A stretch of 64,000 bases of DNA from an uncultured Spirochaetota bacterium. GTDB lineage: Bacteria > Spirochaetota > Brevinematia > Brevinematales > JAOACQ01. The translations under genes were made by a program, and so were the position numbers. The stretch is taken from positions 96,001 through 160,000 of the forward strand of contig CAWAOD010000018.1 in assembly GCA_963783575.1 (NCBI GenBank). The letters run 5' to 3'. Below are positions 41,169 to 50,671 of this stretch, piece by piece (position 1 is the first letter of the stretch; every line of letters begins with the position of its first letter). The notes under the pieces were generated by a model, which did no database searches, was not told the origin of the DNA, and was given only the letters and a program-made list of their open reading frames with translations.

Positions 41169-41915
41169 ATGAATATACTTAAAATCCTTTTTATTTTTAT
41201 ATTATTTTCTTATCTATATTCAGAAATCGATTATGCAGAAAATGGAGCAGATGATCCTTCTTATAAAAAAGGTTTGCAATTTTATACTGAAAAGAAATTT
41301 CTGTTGGCAATAGGAAGTTTTAAAAAAGCTGTGGATTCAGGATTGCAGGATCCAAAACTATATTTTTATCTGGCAAATAGTTATATCGCTACTGAGGACT
41401 ATGATAAAGCAATTGATCTATACAAATTAGACCTTGAGATGTCCGATTTACCAGAATTTAAAGCTATTGTGAATTTTGATCTTGCTTATGCATATTATTT
41501 AAAAAAGGAATATTTGAAAGCCATAGATTTATTAAATATTGCATATGGATTAAACGGCAATTTGAATCAGACTTACTGGATTAAAGGTAATGCCTTTTAT
41601 TTACTGAAAGATAAAACAAATACGATTAATGAATGGGAAAAATATATTGAAAGAGTCCCGAACGGAGAAGAGAGCGACAATATCAAAAAGGCTCTGGCAA
41701 TATTAAAATCACCAAATTATGATATGAATAAGGATAAATTTATAATATCATTAAACGGTAACGGATCAAATATGACAGAATCCGCACAGGAATCAGATAA
41801 AAGCGAGGCTATTAATATTCAACCTTTGATTGATATTCAAGGTGTTCTTGATGAGATTAAACCTTCTGATAAAGGTAAATTAGCGGATGAAGGAATGGAA
41901 GAAATAGAAAAATAA
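41169..41915 (+). CDS. Exported TPR protein
   Basis: Signal peptide; TPR patterns LYFYLANSY..YDKAI, AYAYYLKKEYLKAI. Confidence 0.75.
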   Translation: MNILKILFIFILFSYLYSEIDYAENGADDPSYKKGLQFYTEKKFLLAIGSFKKAVDSGLQDPKLYFYLANSYIATEDYDKAIDLYKLDLEMSDLPEFKAIVNFDLAYAYYLKKEYLKAIDLLNIAYGLNGNLNQTYWIKGNAFYLLKDKTNTINEWEKYIERVPNGEESDNIKKALAILKSPNYDMNKDKFIISLNGNGSNMTESAQESDKSEAINIQPLIDIQGVLDEIKPSDKGKLADEGMEEIEK

Positions 41916-41934
41916 ATAATTTTGGAGTTTGATT

Positions 41935-43782
41935 ATGGCCAGAGCAAGAAAAAAAGATAATAAAATTCCCCTTATTATAATAGCAATATCAATAATTGCA
42001 TTAATTTCAGCAGGAATTATTACTTATAATGTGTTATCAAAGAATATAATAAGTAAAAATGATATAGAGAAATATTTGTCGCTGGCAAAAGAATATGAAC
42101 AGAATGAATCTTATGATAGAGCTTTAGATTATTTAGATAAAGCATATATTGAAAATTCCAAAGATAAACGTATAGAAGATATGAGAAAAAATATTCTTGA
42201 TCTTCAGAAAAGGAAAGAAGAACAGGATAAAATCAATCAAAAACCTATCATTAATATTAATACTGATAATGGTTCTAAAATGAGTAAAAATAAATTAAAT
42301 CAGCAAAATGAAATGAATCAAATTGATCTAACTAAAAAAGAAGAAAATCCGAAAATGGAGAAACCGAAAATTGAACAGCAACAATCTACTGTAACATTAA
42401 GTAAACCCGATCAGGTGAAAAAATATATCGATAATGGAAAAAAATTCCTATCAAGCGGATATGATAAAGATGCTCTTAATGAATTCAACAAAGCAGAAAA
42501 ATTGGATAATACAAATCCGGATGTTAATGCAAATCAAGGACTTGCTTATTATAAATTAAATGATACAAAAAATGCTATAGATAAAAGCCATGAAGCATTG
42601 AAAGAAGATCCGAACAATGGGCTCGCACGTTATACTCTTGGCAAATTACTATATGATAAAAAAATGAATGATGAGGCACTTGATGAATTAAAGAATTCGG
42701 TAAGCGGTGATTACGATAATGCCGATTCTCATTATACTATGGGAATCATATATTTGATAAAGAAAAATTATAAAGACGCCAAACAGGAATTTGAAAAATG
42801 CATTCAATTGGAACCGCAGAACTCCAAAGCATCATATAACCTCGGATTATCATATTTTGGAATGAATGATAAAAACAATGCTTTAAGAAGTTTTCAGGAC
42901 ACCGTAAAAAAGGACCCAACAAATGCAAAAGCGCTTTTTAATATAGGAACTATCTATTCCGATAATCAAGTATACGATAAAGCGGAAAAATTCTTTGAGA
43001 AATGTGTTGAAATCGATTCCTCAAATGATAGAACATATGTCAAATTGGGAGCAGTTTATGAAGAAACCGGAAAAACAAAAGAAGCTCTTAATGCTTATAA
43101 AACAGCTTATTCGCTCAACAAGGATAATTATGCAGCGTCTTTTAATTATGCAAGGATGTTGGCAAAAAATAATAATAATGCAGAAGCAGTAAAATATTAC
43201 AAGGAATCAATTGCTATAAACAATAATTTTTATGACGCTTATTTTAATCTCGGTAATAGCTACCTTGAAATGAATAAATATAGTGAAGCAGAAGAAGCTT
43301 TCAGTAAAGCAATTCAGATTAATAAAAATGATGCTGATGCATTCAACAGTCTTGGATATTTATATCTGAAACAGGATAATTATGATAAAGCATTAAAATA
43401 TTTTAAAAATGCGATTGACCTTAACCCCAATTCCGAAACACCATATAAAGGAATGGGAGATGCATATGTTAAAAGTGAAATATTCGATGATGCAGTCAAC
43501 GCATATAAAAAGGCATTGAATATCAACCCAACAGATATTAAAACTATGACTGCACTTGGAGATATTTATTATAAAATTAAAGATTATACAAATGCTGCAA
43601 ATCAATATGAAAAATCAAGAAAGCTTGATGGAAATGATCCAGATGTTTTTCTAGACCTGGGCGAATGCTATATTAAATTAAATCAGCCTGAAGATGCCAA
43701 ATCTGTTTTAAAAGAATTAAAGAAAAAATTTCCTGACTATAATAATATGTCAAGAGTTGATAATTATTTGTCTCAATTATAA
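41935..43782 (+). CDS. Membrane-anchored multi-TPR protein
   Basis: N-terminal TM after a basic stretch; >10 canonical 34-aa TPR repeats (AYFNLGNSY..AFNSLGYLY). Confidence 0.85.
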   Translation: MARARKKDNKIPLIIIAISIIALISAGIITYNVLSKNIISKNDIEKYLSLAKEYEQNESYDRALDYLDKAYIENSKDKRIEDMRKNILDLQKRKEEQDKINQKPIININTDNGSKMSKNKLNQQNEMNQIDLTKKEENPKMEKPKIEQQQSTVTLSKPDQVKKYIDNGKKFLSSGYDKDALNEFNKAEKLDNTNPDVNANQGLAYYKLNDTKNAIDKSHEALKEDPNNGLARYTLGKLLYDKKMNDEALDELKNSVSGDYDNADSHYTMGIIYLIKKNYKDAKQEFEKCIQLEPQNSKASYNLGLSYFGMNDKNNALRSFQDTVKKDPTNAKALFNIGTIYSDNQVYDKAEKFFEKCVEIDSSNDRTYVKLGAVYEETGKTKEALNAYKTAYSLNKDNYAASFNYARMLAKNNNNAEAVKYYKESIAINNNFYDAYFNLGNSYLEMNKYSEAEEAFSKAIQINKNDADAFNSLGYLYLKQDNYDKALKYFKNAIDLNPNSETPYKGMGDAYVKSEIFDDAVNAYKKALNINPTDIKTMTALGDIYYKIKDYTNAANQYEKSRKLDGNDPDVFLDLGECYIKLNQPEDAKSVLKELKKKFPDYNNMSRVDNYLSQL

Positions 43783-44016
43783 AATTATTGACTCTATTTT
43801 CTGGTTTTGTAAAATAATGTCTATTATTAACCAATAATATATTTATTTTGAACAATTACTAAGTTATTATATTTCTATATTCTTGAAGTGTTAATAATGA
43901 TTGAATATAAAACGCGTCATATTTTAGATATTTTAATATAATGGCGATAATTAAATCTCTATTATTATATTTTGTAAAGGCAATTTTGTCCGTAGCACTA
44001 AACCCGGGAGCAACCG

Positions 44017-45378
44017 ATGACTGAAATTTTAATAATGGCCGGTTTGATAATTGGAGTAGTATTTCTTGGAGTTTTGTATTTAATGCAAAACTTAATCGGC
44101 CCGCACAAATTGGATTCCATAAAAGCATTGCTTGAATCCGGGAAATATGAACAAGCTATAGCATCTCTAAATGCCATAATGAAGAAAGATGATAAAAATC
44201 CTCTAGCTCATCTCTATCTTGCTGAGGCATATTATTTTAACAATAACTTTGAGATGGCAATGGTAGAATATAAACAGGTTATGTCTTCCGGAAGATTCTC
44301 AAACACAGCCACTGAAAAAGTAATTCGTAAACGTCTGGCAGAAATTTATTTGAAATTCGGACAGCTTGAAGAAGCTCAAAAGGAGTTTGTTGTTTTGTCC
44401 AAACTTGAAGCACATAATTCGGAATATCTTTATCAGATCGGGAATCTGTTTTATCAAAGGGGTATGCGTGAGCAGGCTTTAGCTTATCTAGATAAATCTT
44501 TCAAATCCGGAAAAAGCAGCGCCGAACTTTTCTTCCTGATGGGAAAAATCTACTACGAAATGACCAGAACTAATGAAGCCTTGGCAGCATTTACAAGCTG
44601 TGTAAAACTTGAACCTAAAAATTATGAAGCTCATTATTATATCGGTCTCATTCTTAAAGCAATGAACAGCTATGGTAAGGCTGTTCAGGAATTGGAAGTA
44701 GCCGAGCAAACAAAAGATAACACATTGAGAGTTAAGTCCATTTTCCAGAAAGGTCTTTGTAAACTGGAGGTTGGCGAACTGGATGGTGCAAAATCAGATT
44801 TTGAAAGAGCCTTAAAATATTCTACTGAAGAAAACAATACAACAATAGCCATTCATTATACTCTTGGATTAACATATGAAAGGGAAAGAAGGCTTGTTGA
44901 AGCAGTTGAGCAGTGGGAAAAAGTAGCACAGATGAGGCCGAATTTTCAGGATGTTCAAACAAAACTTACTGAATATGAAGATTTGCGCATTGATGATAAA
45001 CTGAAGGATCTTTTAACATCAACTCCAACAACTTTTGAAATAATCAGCCAGAATCTTCTAAAAACTCTTGGGTATGAAACACTCGAAAGTAATATGCTTG
45101 ATGATGATAATCTTGAAGTAGTAGGTATGGAAAGATCCGTTAAATGGAGAAATGTTAGAGGCGGTAAGGTTCTAGTAAGGATATCAAGGGATAATGAGGA
45201 TGTAAATGAAGATCAGGTGGCAAAATTGGTGGAAAATTTAAAACTTAATCATGGTATTCGTGCAATATATATATCGACAGGAAAATTTACCCCTCAGGCA
45301 GTACGGTATTCTGAAAACCGTCCGGTTGATTTATACGACAGGCAAAGGCTTACTACCGTCTTTAAACAAAAAGTTTAG
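44017..45378 (+). CDS. Membrane-anchored TPR protein with C-terminal Mrr-like restriction-endonuclease-fold domain
   Basis: N-terminal TM; many TPRs; C-terminal PTTFE..LL..LGY, AIYISTGKFTPQAVRY..VDLYDRQRL pattern typical of Mrr_cat. Confidence 0.75.
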   Translation: MTEILIMAGLIIGVVFLGVLYLMQNLIGPHKLDSIKALLESGKYEQAIASLNAIMKKDDKNPLAHLYLAEAYYFNNNFEMAMVEYKQVMSSGRFSNTATEKVIRKRLAEIYLKFGQLEEAQKEFVVLSKLEAHNSEYLYQIGNLFYQRGMREQALAYLDKSFKSGKSSAELFFLMGKIYYEMTRTNEALAAFTSCVKLEPKNYEAHYYIGLILKAMNSYGKAVQELEVAEQTKDNTLRVKSIFQKGLCKLEVGELDGAKSDFERALKYSTEENNTTIAIHYTLGLTYERERRLVEAVEQWEKVAQMRPNFQDVQTKLTEYEDLRIDDKLKDLLTSTPTTFEIISQNLLKTLGYETLESNMLDDDNLEVVGMERSVKWRNVRGGKVLVRISRDNEDVNEDQVAKLVENLKLNHGIRAIYISTGKFTPQAVRYSENRPVDLYDRQRLTTVFKQKV

Positions 45379-45389
45379 GCCCCACAATT

Positions 45390-45563
45390 ATGAAATTAGC
45401 AACCAGAATTATAATAATTACTTTTACCGTCCTCATGGCATTTTTCTTGTTTTATCAATATCAGGTTGGAAATCCCTTTTTCGATGAAATCAATCCTATT
45501 TATTCAATTCTTTGCTATCTTTTTCTTGGAATAACTGCTATTGTAGCAATAGTTAAAAAATAA
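45390..45563 (+). CDS. Small two-TM membrane protein (57 aa), unknown function
   Basis: Manual translation MKLATRIIIITFTVLMAFFLFYQYQVGNPFFDEINPIYSILCYLFLGITAIVAIVKK; starts 11 nt after the TPR-Mrr stop and fills the gap; no clear RBS. Confidence 0.55.
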   Translation: MKLATRIIIITFTVLMAFFLFYQYQVGNPFFDEINPIYSILCYLFLGITAIVAIVKK

Positions 45564-45591
45564 TATGAAAATAATAGAAATTGTCAATTAT

Positions 45592-47487
45592 TTACTTAAC
45601 CTTTTCTTTCAAAAGGTCATTATCGGGATTTATTTTCAAACCAATTGAATAATATTGAAAAGCTTCATCTTGATTACCCATTTTTTCATAAATCATACCA
45701 ATATGGTAATATATCTCATCAAAACCAATCTGTGCTTGTTCTTTACTGATAAGATTGATAACCTTACCGAATATTTCAAAAGACCCGGTAAAATCACCTT
45801 TTTGAAATAATATCCAGCCCATTGTATCCATATAAGAATAGTTCTCGGGATTAGCAATAAGTGCTAATTTAACGAGACGTAGAGCTTCGTCAAGATTGAT
45901 TCCTTCTAAAGAGTACAGGTATGCGAGAAGATTGTTTATCTCTGGATTTTCTTTATCGTAATTCCTTGCGGTTTCAAGATAAGAGATTGCTTTTTTTCGG
46001 TTCTTCATTTCATAATAAGAAGTTGCTAAAAAATAGTATAATCTTGAATCTGTATTTTCTGATCTTAAAGCCTTTTCAAAATCATTAATAGCATTAACAA
46101 AATTTTTAATTTCCATATTCATCAATCCGGAATAGAAATAAACCTGATATAAATCCTGATCTGTTTTAGCCTCCTTTTTTGCTTCGGTAATTGTAAAATC
46201 AGAATTTGTTTTATCATTAATCTTATAATACATATATGATAATCTTACCATAGCGGAAACACTAAATTTGTTACTGGAGGGATTATGGATATATTTGTTA
46301 TAGTAATAAATAGCATTAGTGAAATCGTTTTTATCATCATATAGCGAACCGACAAGCCAATAAATATCAGGAATTGAATTTGTATTTTCCTCAACTTTTT
46401 TATAATATTCAATGGCAATGTCGAATTGTTCCACCTCTTTTGCGTAATTACCGATTAGAAACTCCTGCTGTACAGTATGGGTATTATCCTTTAAAGCTGT
46501 ATAATCAAGATAGTAAATATAAAGAGAATAATAATCGGCAATCTTTCTGTCTGATATATATTTATCCAATTGCTTAACCGAATTTGAATAATCACCCTTC
46601 TGATAAAATAAAATGGATTTTACAAAAGGCGATCCCCCCTGATAGTTAGATACAACCTGATTAAGCTCCTGATTTGTAGTAATAAACATAAGACCGGCAT
46701 ATGCATTTATCATTTCGTCGCTTCTGAACATTTCTGGTATTTGTTTGAAATTTGCAATGGCTTTATTATAATCGAGGATTTCATAATATGTAAAAGCCAG
46801 ATTCTTTATTAAATCATAATCTGATGGATTTATTTCTTTAGCCTTTTCCATATATTGAGCTGCTAACCGGAAATTTTGAAAATTCATATAAATCATACCT
46901 ATATAATAATATGAATTAAAAATTGCCATCATATCAAATTCTTTATCGCTTTTTGGATTTGCTATAACATTTTGCAAATATGGCATTGATTTTTCATAAT
47001 TTTTATTTATAAAATAATAAACTCCTGTAAAATAATTACCGAAAATATCATCTTTATCTAATGATAAAATTCTCTGAAGACTATTGTAGAATTCATCATA
47101 TTCACCCAGAGACCTGACAAAATCAGTGTACCTGTATAAAATTTTCAAATCATCCGGATAGAGTCTTAAAGCATCTCCGGCATATTTTTTTGCTTCAATC
47201 ATAATATCATTCATTTTTTTTGAATCTGTTTTTTCAAGAAACTGAGCTTGAGAAATTTTTAACAGATAATCATCAAACAAAGAATAATATATATATTTAT
47301 CCGTATATTTATTCGTGATAAGTAATTGAAGTTTCTGTATCGATTGATCGACATATCCTTCAGAAGTAAGGGCAAGAGCATCTGAATAGATTTCCTCAGC
47401 CTGAGTTTCAGTAATTTGATTTTCATCCTGTGCAAAATTGCTGCAGAAAAAAAATAAAACTATTAATAAAGATAAAATAAATTTCAT
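45592..47487 (-). CDS. Exported TPR protein
   Basis: Signal peptide; TPRs incl. NNLLAYLY..NLDEA..YMDTMGW..EIYYHIG. Confidence 0.8.
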   Translation of the reverse strand: MKFILSLLIVLFFFCSNFAQDENQITETQAEEIYSDALALTSEGYVDQSIQKLQLLITNKYTDKYIYYSLFDDYLLKISQAQFLEKTDSKKMNDIMIEAKKYAGDALRLYPDDLKILYRYTDFVRSLGEYDEFYNSLQRILSLDKDDIFGNYFTGVYYFINKNYEKSMPYLQNVIANPKSDKEFDMMAIFNSYYYIGMIYMNFQNFRLAAQYMEKAKEINPSDYDLIKNLAFTYYEILDYNKAIANFKQIPEMFRSDEMINAYAGLMFITTNQELNQVVSNYQGGSPFVKSILFYQKGDYSNSVKQLDKYISDRKIADYYSLYIYYLDYTALKDNTHTVQQEFLIGNYAKEVEQFDIAIEYYKKVEENTNSIPDIYWLVGSLYDDKNDFTNAIYYYNKYIHNPSSNKFSVSAMVRLSYMYYKINDKTNSDFTITEAKKEAKTDQDLYQVYFYSGLMNMEIKNFVNAINDFEKALRSENTDSRLYYFLATSYYEMKNRKKAISYLETARNYDKENPEINNLLAYLYSLEGINLDEALRLVKLALIANPENYSYMDTMGWILFQKGDFTGSFEIFGKVINLISKEQAQIGFDEIYYHIGMIYEKMGNQDEAFQYYSIGLKINPDNDLLKEKVK

Positions 47488-47490
47488 ATC

Positions 47491-48126
47491 TTAACTCCCA
47501 AAATGAAAAAGAGACAAAAAGAAATTTGCAACTAAGTTATAAATCGGATTATAAATATATCGAATCCAGCCGGTAACCATTAATATTACTAATATTACAA
47601 GAAATGTTGTTTCGTTTGTCCTTATTAGCCTGGCAAATTTTATCGGAAGGATTGAAGTAAAAAAATTATAGCCATCCAGTGGAGGAAGCGGTATAATATT
47701 AAAAACCACAAGCATTATATTTATAGAAGCAACTGTTAGTATGGCTTCAATTTTTGTTATTGAAAAAAGAAAAAACATAAGAGCGGTTAGAAAAAAATTA
47801 ATAGTAATTCCAGCTAGTGATACAAATATCATACCGGTTTTCATGTTTTTAAAGTTATATGGGTTGATCGGTACAGGCTTTGCCCATCCGAACATCGGAA
47901 GATGCATTATCAAACAAGCTACCGGTAAAATAATCGTACCAACCAAGTCAATATGGTTAACCGGATTTAAAGATAACCTGCCGGCTCTTCTAGCTGTATC
48001 ATCACCAAATAAATATGCGACATAACCATGCCCTATTTCATGCAATATGATGCTATAAAAAAAACCTATTATTATTATTAGAATACCAATTATAAAAGTT
48101 ATAATATTTGGAGTGTCAAGTTGCAT
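47491..48126 (-). CDS. Site-2 protease (M50 family)
   Basis: HEIGHG zinc motif, GRLSLNP, GWAKPVP, FNIIPLPPLDG. Confidence 0.9.
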   Translation of the reverse strand: MQLDTPNIITFIIGILIIIIGFFYSIILHEIGHGYVAYLFGDDTARRAGRLSLNPVNHIDLVGTIILPVACLIMHLPMFGWAKPVPINPYNFKNMKTGMIFVSLAGITINFFLTALMFFLFSITKIEAILTVASINIMLVVFNIIPLPPLDGYNFFTSILPIKFARLIRTNETTFLVILVILMVTGWIRYIYNPIYNLVANFFLSLFHFGS

Positions 48127-48332
48127 TTATCAAACCCCGATTATTTCTTAAATAAACAATAACGGTCTATATATAAATAATATCATATAATGACATTTTA
48201 ATCAATTCACAGTGAATGCCTTACTTTGGGTAAATTCACATAATATGTTCCCCTCGTAGTTCTATAAAATTAATAAGTAGTGGACTCGGGGAAAGGTCAT
48301 CGAGTTTACCGCACAGCACTACGAGATGACAA

Positions 48333-49097
48333 TTACTTCCCGATAAATTCAAGAACCCCGTTGATAAAAGTCAGAGGATGAGGAGGACAGCCAGGGACAT
48401 AAAGATCAACAATGGATTTTGTTTTAAAAAAACTCCTGTTAATTGCCGGTGAATTTTCAAAAATTCCACCGCTGATGGCGCAGCTTCCAACAGCTATTAC
48501 AATTTTAGAATCGGGAATCCCGCTATATGTGTCTTCCAGGGCAGCAGCCATATTTTCAGACAATGGTCCCGTTATTACTATCCCATCCGCATGCCTGGGC
48601 GAAGCGACAAAATCAATCCCAAAACGTCCCATATCGAAATTTACATTGGAACATGCATTGAGTTCCATTTCACAGCCATTACATCCTCCTGCAGAAACCT
48701 GACGCAGTTTAAGCGATCTGCCAAATATTTTTATTATCTCTTCACGGGTTGCAACAGCTCCGGTTTGATAATTATTTTTATTAATGTTGCTATTTATAAA
48801 CAAATGTTCTCTGGTAGTACAAGCTGTTTTGTAAAAATTAGAAAATTTTATACAACCTTTTGAACAATTCCTTTCACAATCACCACAGTAAATACATTTT
48901 CCAAGATCTATCATTAATGGCTTTATCGAAATGGCATTTGTCGGGCAAATATTACTGCATTCGATGCAATCCGAACAATTTTCCCCGATTTCCGGGAAGC
49001 CCCGGTATTTCACATTAACAACTGCCTTCTTTAAATCAGGAATCGATTGATAACCCTGATTTACCTTTACTTTCAATATACCAAACATATTATACAC
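48333..49097 (-). CDS. Ehr/hydrogenase-4 small subunit (NuoB/HyfI-like) fused to a 2x[4Fe-4S] ferredoxin domain
   Basis: CSDCIECSNICP and CIYCGDCERNC; GGCNGCE, SPRHADG, GSCA, PGCPPHP. Confidence 0.88.
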   Translation of the reverse strand: MYNMFGILKVKVNQGYQSIPDLKKAVVNVKYRGFPEIGENCSDCIECSNICPTNAISIKPLMIDLGKCIYCGDCERNCSKGCIKFSNFYKTACTTREHLFINSNINKNNYQTGAVATREEIIKIFGRSLKLRQVSAGGCNGCEMELNACSNVNFDMGRFGIDFVASPRHADGIVITGPLSENMAAALEDTYSGIPDSKIVIAVGSCAISGGIFENSPAINRSFFKTKSIVDLYVPGCPPHPLTFINGVLEFIGK

Positions 49098-49224
49098 CTG
49101 CCCCTTCGACGATTCGAATCATTCGAGATTTAAAGTCATTTGACAAAAATAACAGAACTTTATATTATAATGGATTTTTATACTTTAAAAAAGTATTTAA
49201 AATTTTAAATTTTTAGGATTATTC

Positions 49225-49905
49225 ATGAATGCAATATTTTTCGATATTGACGGAACATTGTTAAATAGTCACGGTTTGGGAAGGCATGCTTTTGAACAAG
49301 CTCTCCGGATTTGCTCCGGAATAAACTCGGAAATGTCTCAGGTAGATTGGCTTGGAAGGACGGATACTGATATTATTTCATTAATTCTTTGTAACGAAGG
49401 TTTTGATACTAAGGAAATATCAGATTTCCTGCCCGGGTTCTTTAAAGTTTTTGTCAGACTATTTAAAGAATTCACTGTAAATAACCGGGAATTATTTGAA
49501 ATTTTACCCGGTGTTATAGAGATTTTGTCCGCACTTAAGGATAAGCCAATAGGCTTATTAACCGGCAATGTTATGGAAGCTGCATATATGAAACTACAGG
49601 CAGCCGGTATTGATGGGTTTTTCCCATACGGTATCGGTGGATTTGGAGATGAGGCACGGGATAGGCGAAAACTCATCCCATTAGCCCTGATAAAAATGAA
49701 GAAATATTATTCAATTGAGAATTTCGATAAGGTTATTATGATCGGAGATTCTCACCGGGATATAGATTGTGCAAAAGCAAATTCGGCGGTTTCATTGGCC
49801 GTTGCTACAGGTAAATTGAGTATTGAGGAACTAAGAAATTATCATCCGGATTTTATTTTTGAAAATTTATTGCAGATCAATGAAATATTGAAAATTTTAC
49901 AATGA
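49225..49905 (+). CDS. HAD-superfamily hydrolase
   Basis: FFDIDGTL, LLTGN, IGDSHRDI, AVATG. Confidence 0.88.
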   Translation: MNAIFFDIDGTLLNSHGLGRHAFEQALRICSGINSEMSQVDWLGRTDTDIISLILCNEGFDTKEISDFLPGFFKVFVRLFKEFTVNNRELFEILPGVIEILSALKDKPIGLLTGNVMEAAYMKLQAAGIDGFFPYGIGGFGDEARDRRKLIPLALIKMKKYYSIENFDKVIMIGDSHRDIDCAKANSAVSLAVATGKLSIEELRNYHPDFIFENLLQINEILKILQ

Positions 49906-49993
49906 TGATTGTTTTAATAATTAGGACAATTCCGGACATTAATTGAAATTTTCAGTCATTCAAGTTAAAATAATAGTGGAATTGGTAATAATT

Positions 49994-50668
49994 ATGGATA
50001 TGAAGATAAAAGACATCATTGATTTGCTTCAGGTTTCGGAAAAAACAATATATCGATGGATTAATGAGCACAAAATTCCCGCATACAAAATAAATCATCA
50101 ATACAGGTTCAATAAAGCAGAGATCAATGAGTGGATTTTGAAAAACAAAATAAATGTTTCCGATAAAATCCTTGACTTGAAATTAACTGGAAAACCGGTT
50201 TCATTAGTTAATCTTATAAAAAAGGGCGGAATTCATTATCAAATTGAAGGTGATAATGTTGCAGGAATTATTAGTAATGCAGTTAATTCAATCTCTACAC
50301 CTCCAGAAATCACAAAAAAAGCAGTAATTACCTCACTCCTGGAAAGGGAAGAAATGATGCCTACAGCCATCGGTAAGAGCATCGCCATTCCCCATCCGAG
50401 AAACCCTATTATTACGGATGTTGAAAATGAAAGCGTTTCAATTTGTTTTTTACATAATAGGATTGACTACCATTCCATAGACGGGGAACCTGTCCAGACT
50501 CTTTTTATAGTATTGAGCGCAAATCCAAGGCGACATCTTGAAATTCTTTCAAAAATATCCTACCTGTGCCAACTTGAAGAATTTGTCAAAATTATTAAAT
50601 CCGGGGCAGAGAAGAACATCATTTTAAATTATATAGAACAAAAAGAAAATGAGTGGAGTAAAAAATAA
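49994..50668 (+). CDS. Excisionase-type HTH fused to PTS EIIA (fructose/mannitol/Ntr-type) domain
   Basis: LLQVSEKTIYRWI..IPAYKI..YRF (HTH_17-like); REEMMPTAIGKSIAIPHPR (phospho-His motif), HLEILSKI. Confidence 0.85.
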   Translation: MDMKIKDIIDLLQVSEKTIYRWINEHKIPAYKINHQYRFNKAEINEWILKNKINVSDKILDLKLTGKPVSLVNLIKKGGIHYQIEGDNVAGIISNAVNSISTPPEITKKAVITSLLEREEMMPTAIGKSIAIPHPRNPIITDVENESVSICFLHNRIDYHSIDGEPVQTLFIVLSANPRRHLEILSKISYLCQLEEFVKIIKSGAEKNIILNYIEQKENEWSKK

Positions 50669-50671
50669 AAA

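Noticed and set aside
48278..48310. Superficial resemblance to the glmS ribozyme core or HDV-like topology
   Set aside because: No AGCGCC cleavage segment or GGCGG pseudoknot strand and no glmS downstream; HDV P1.1/P3/P4 elements cannot be placed.
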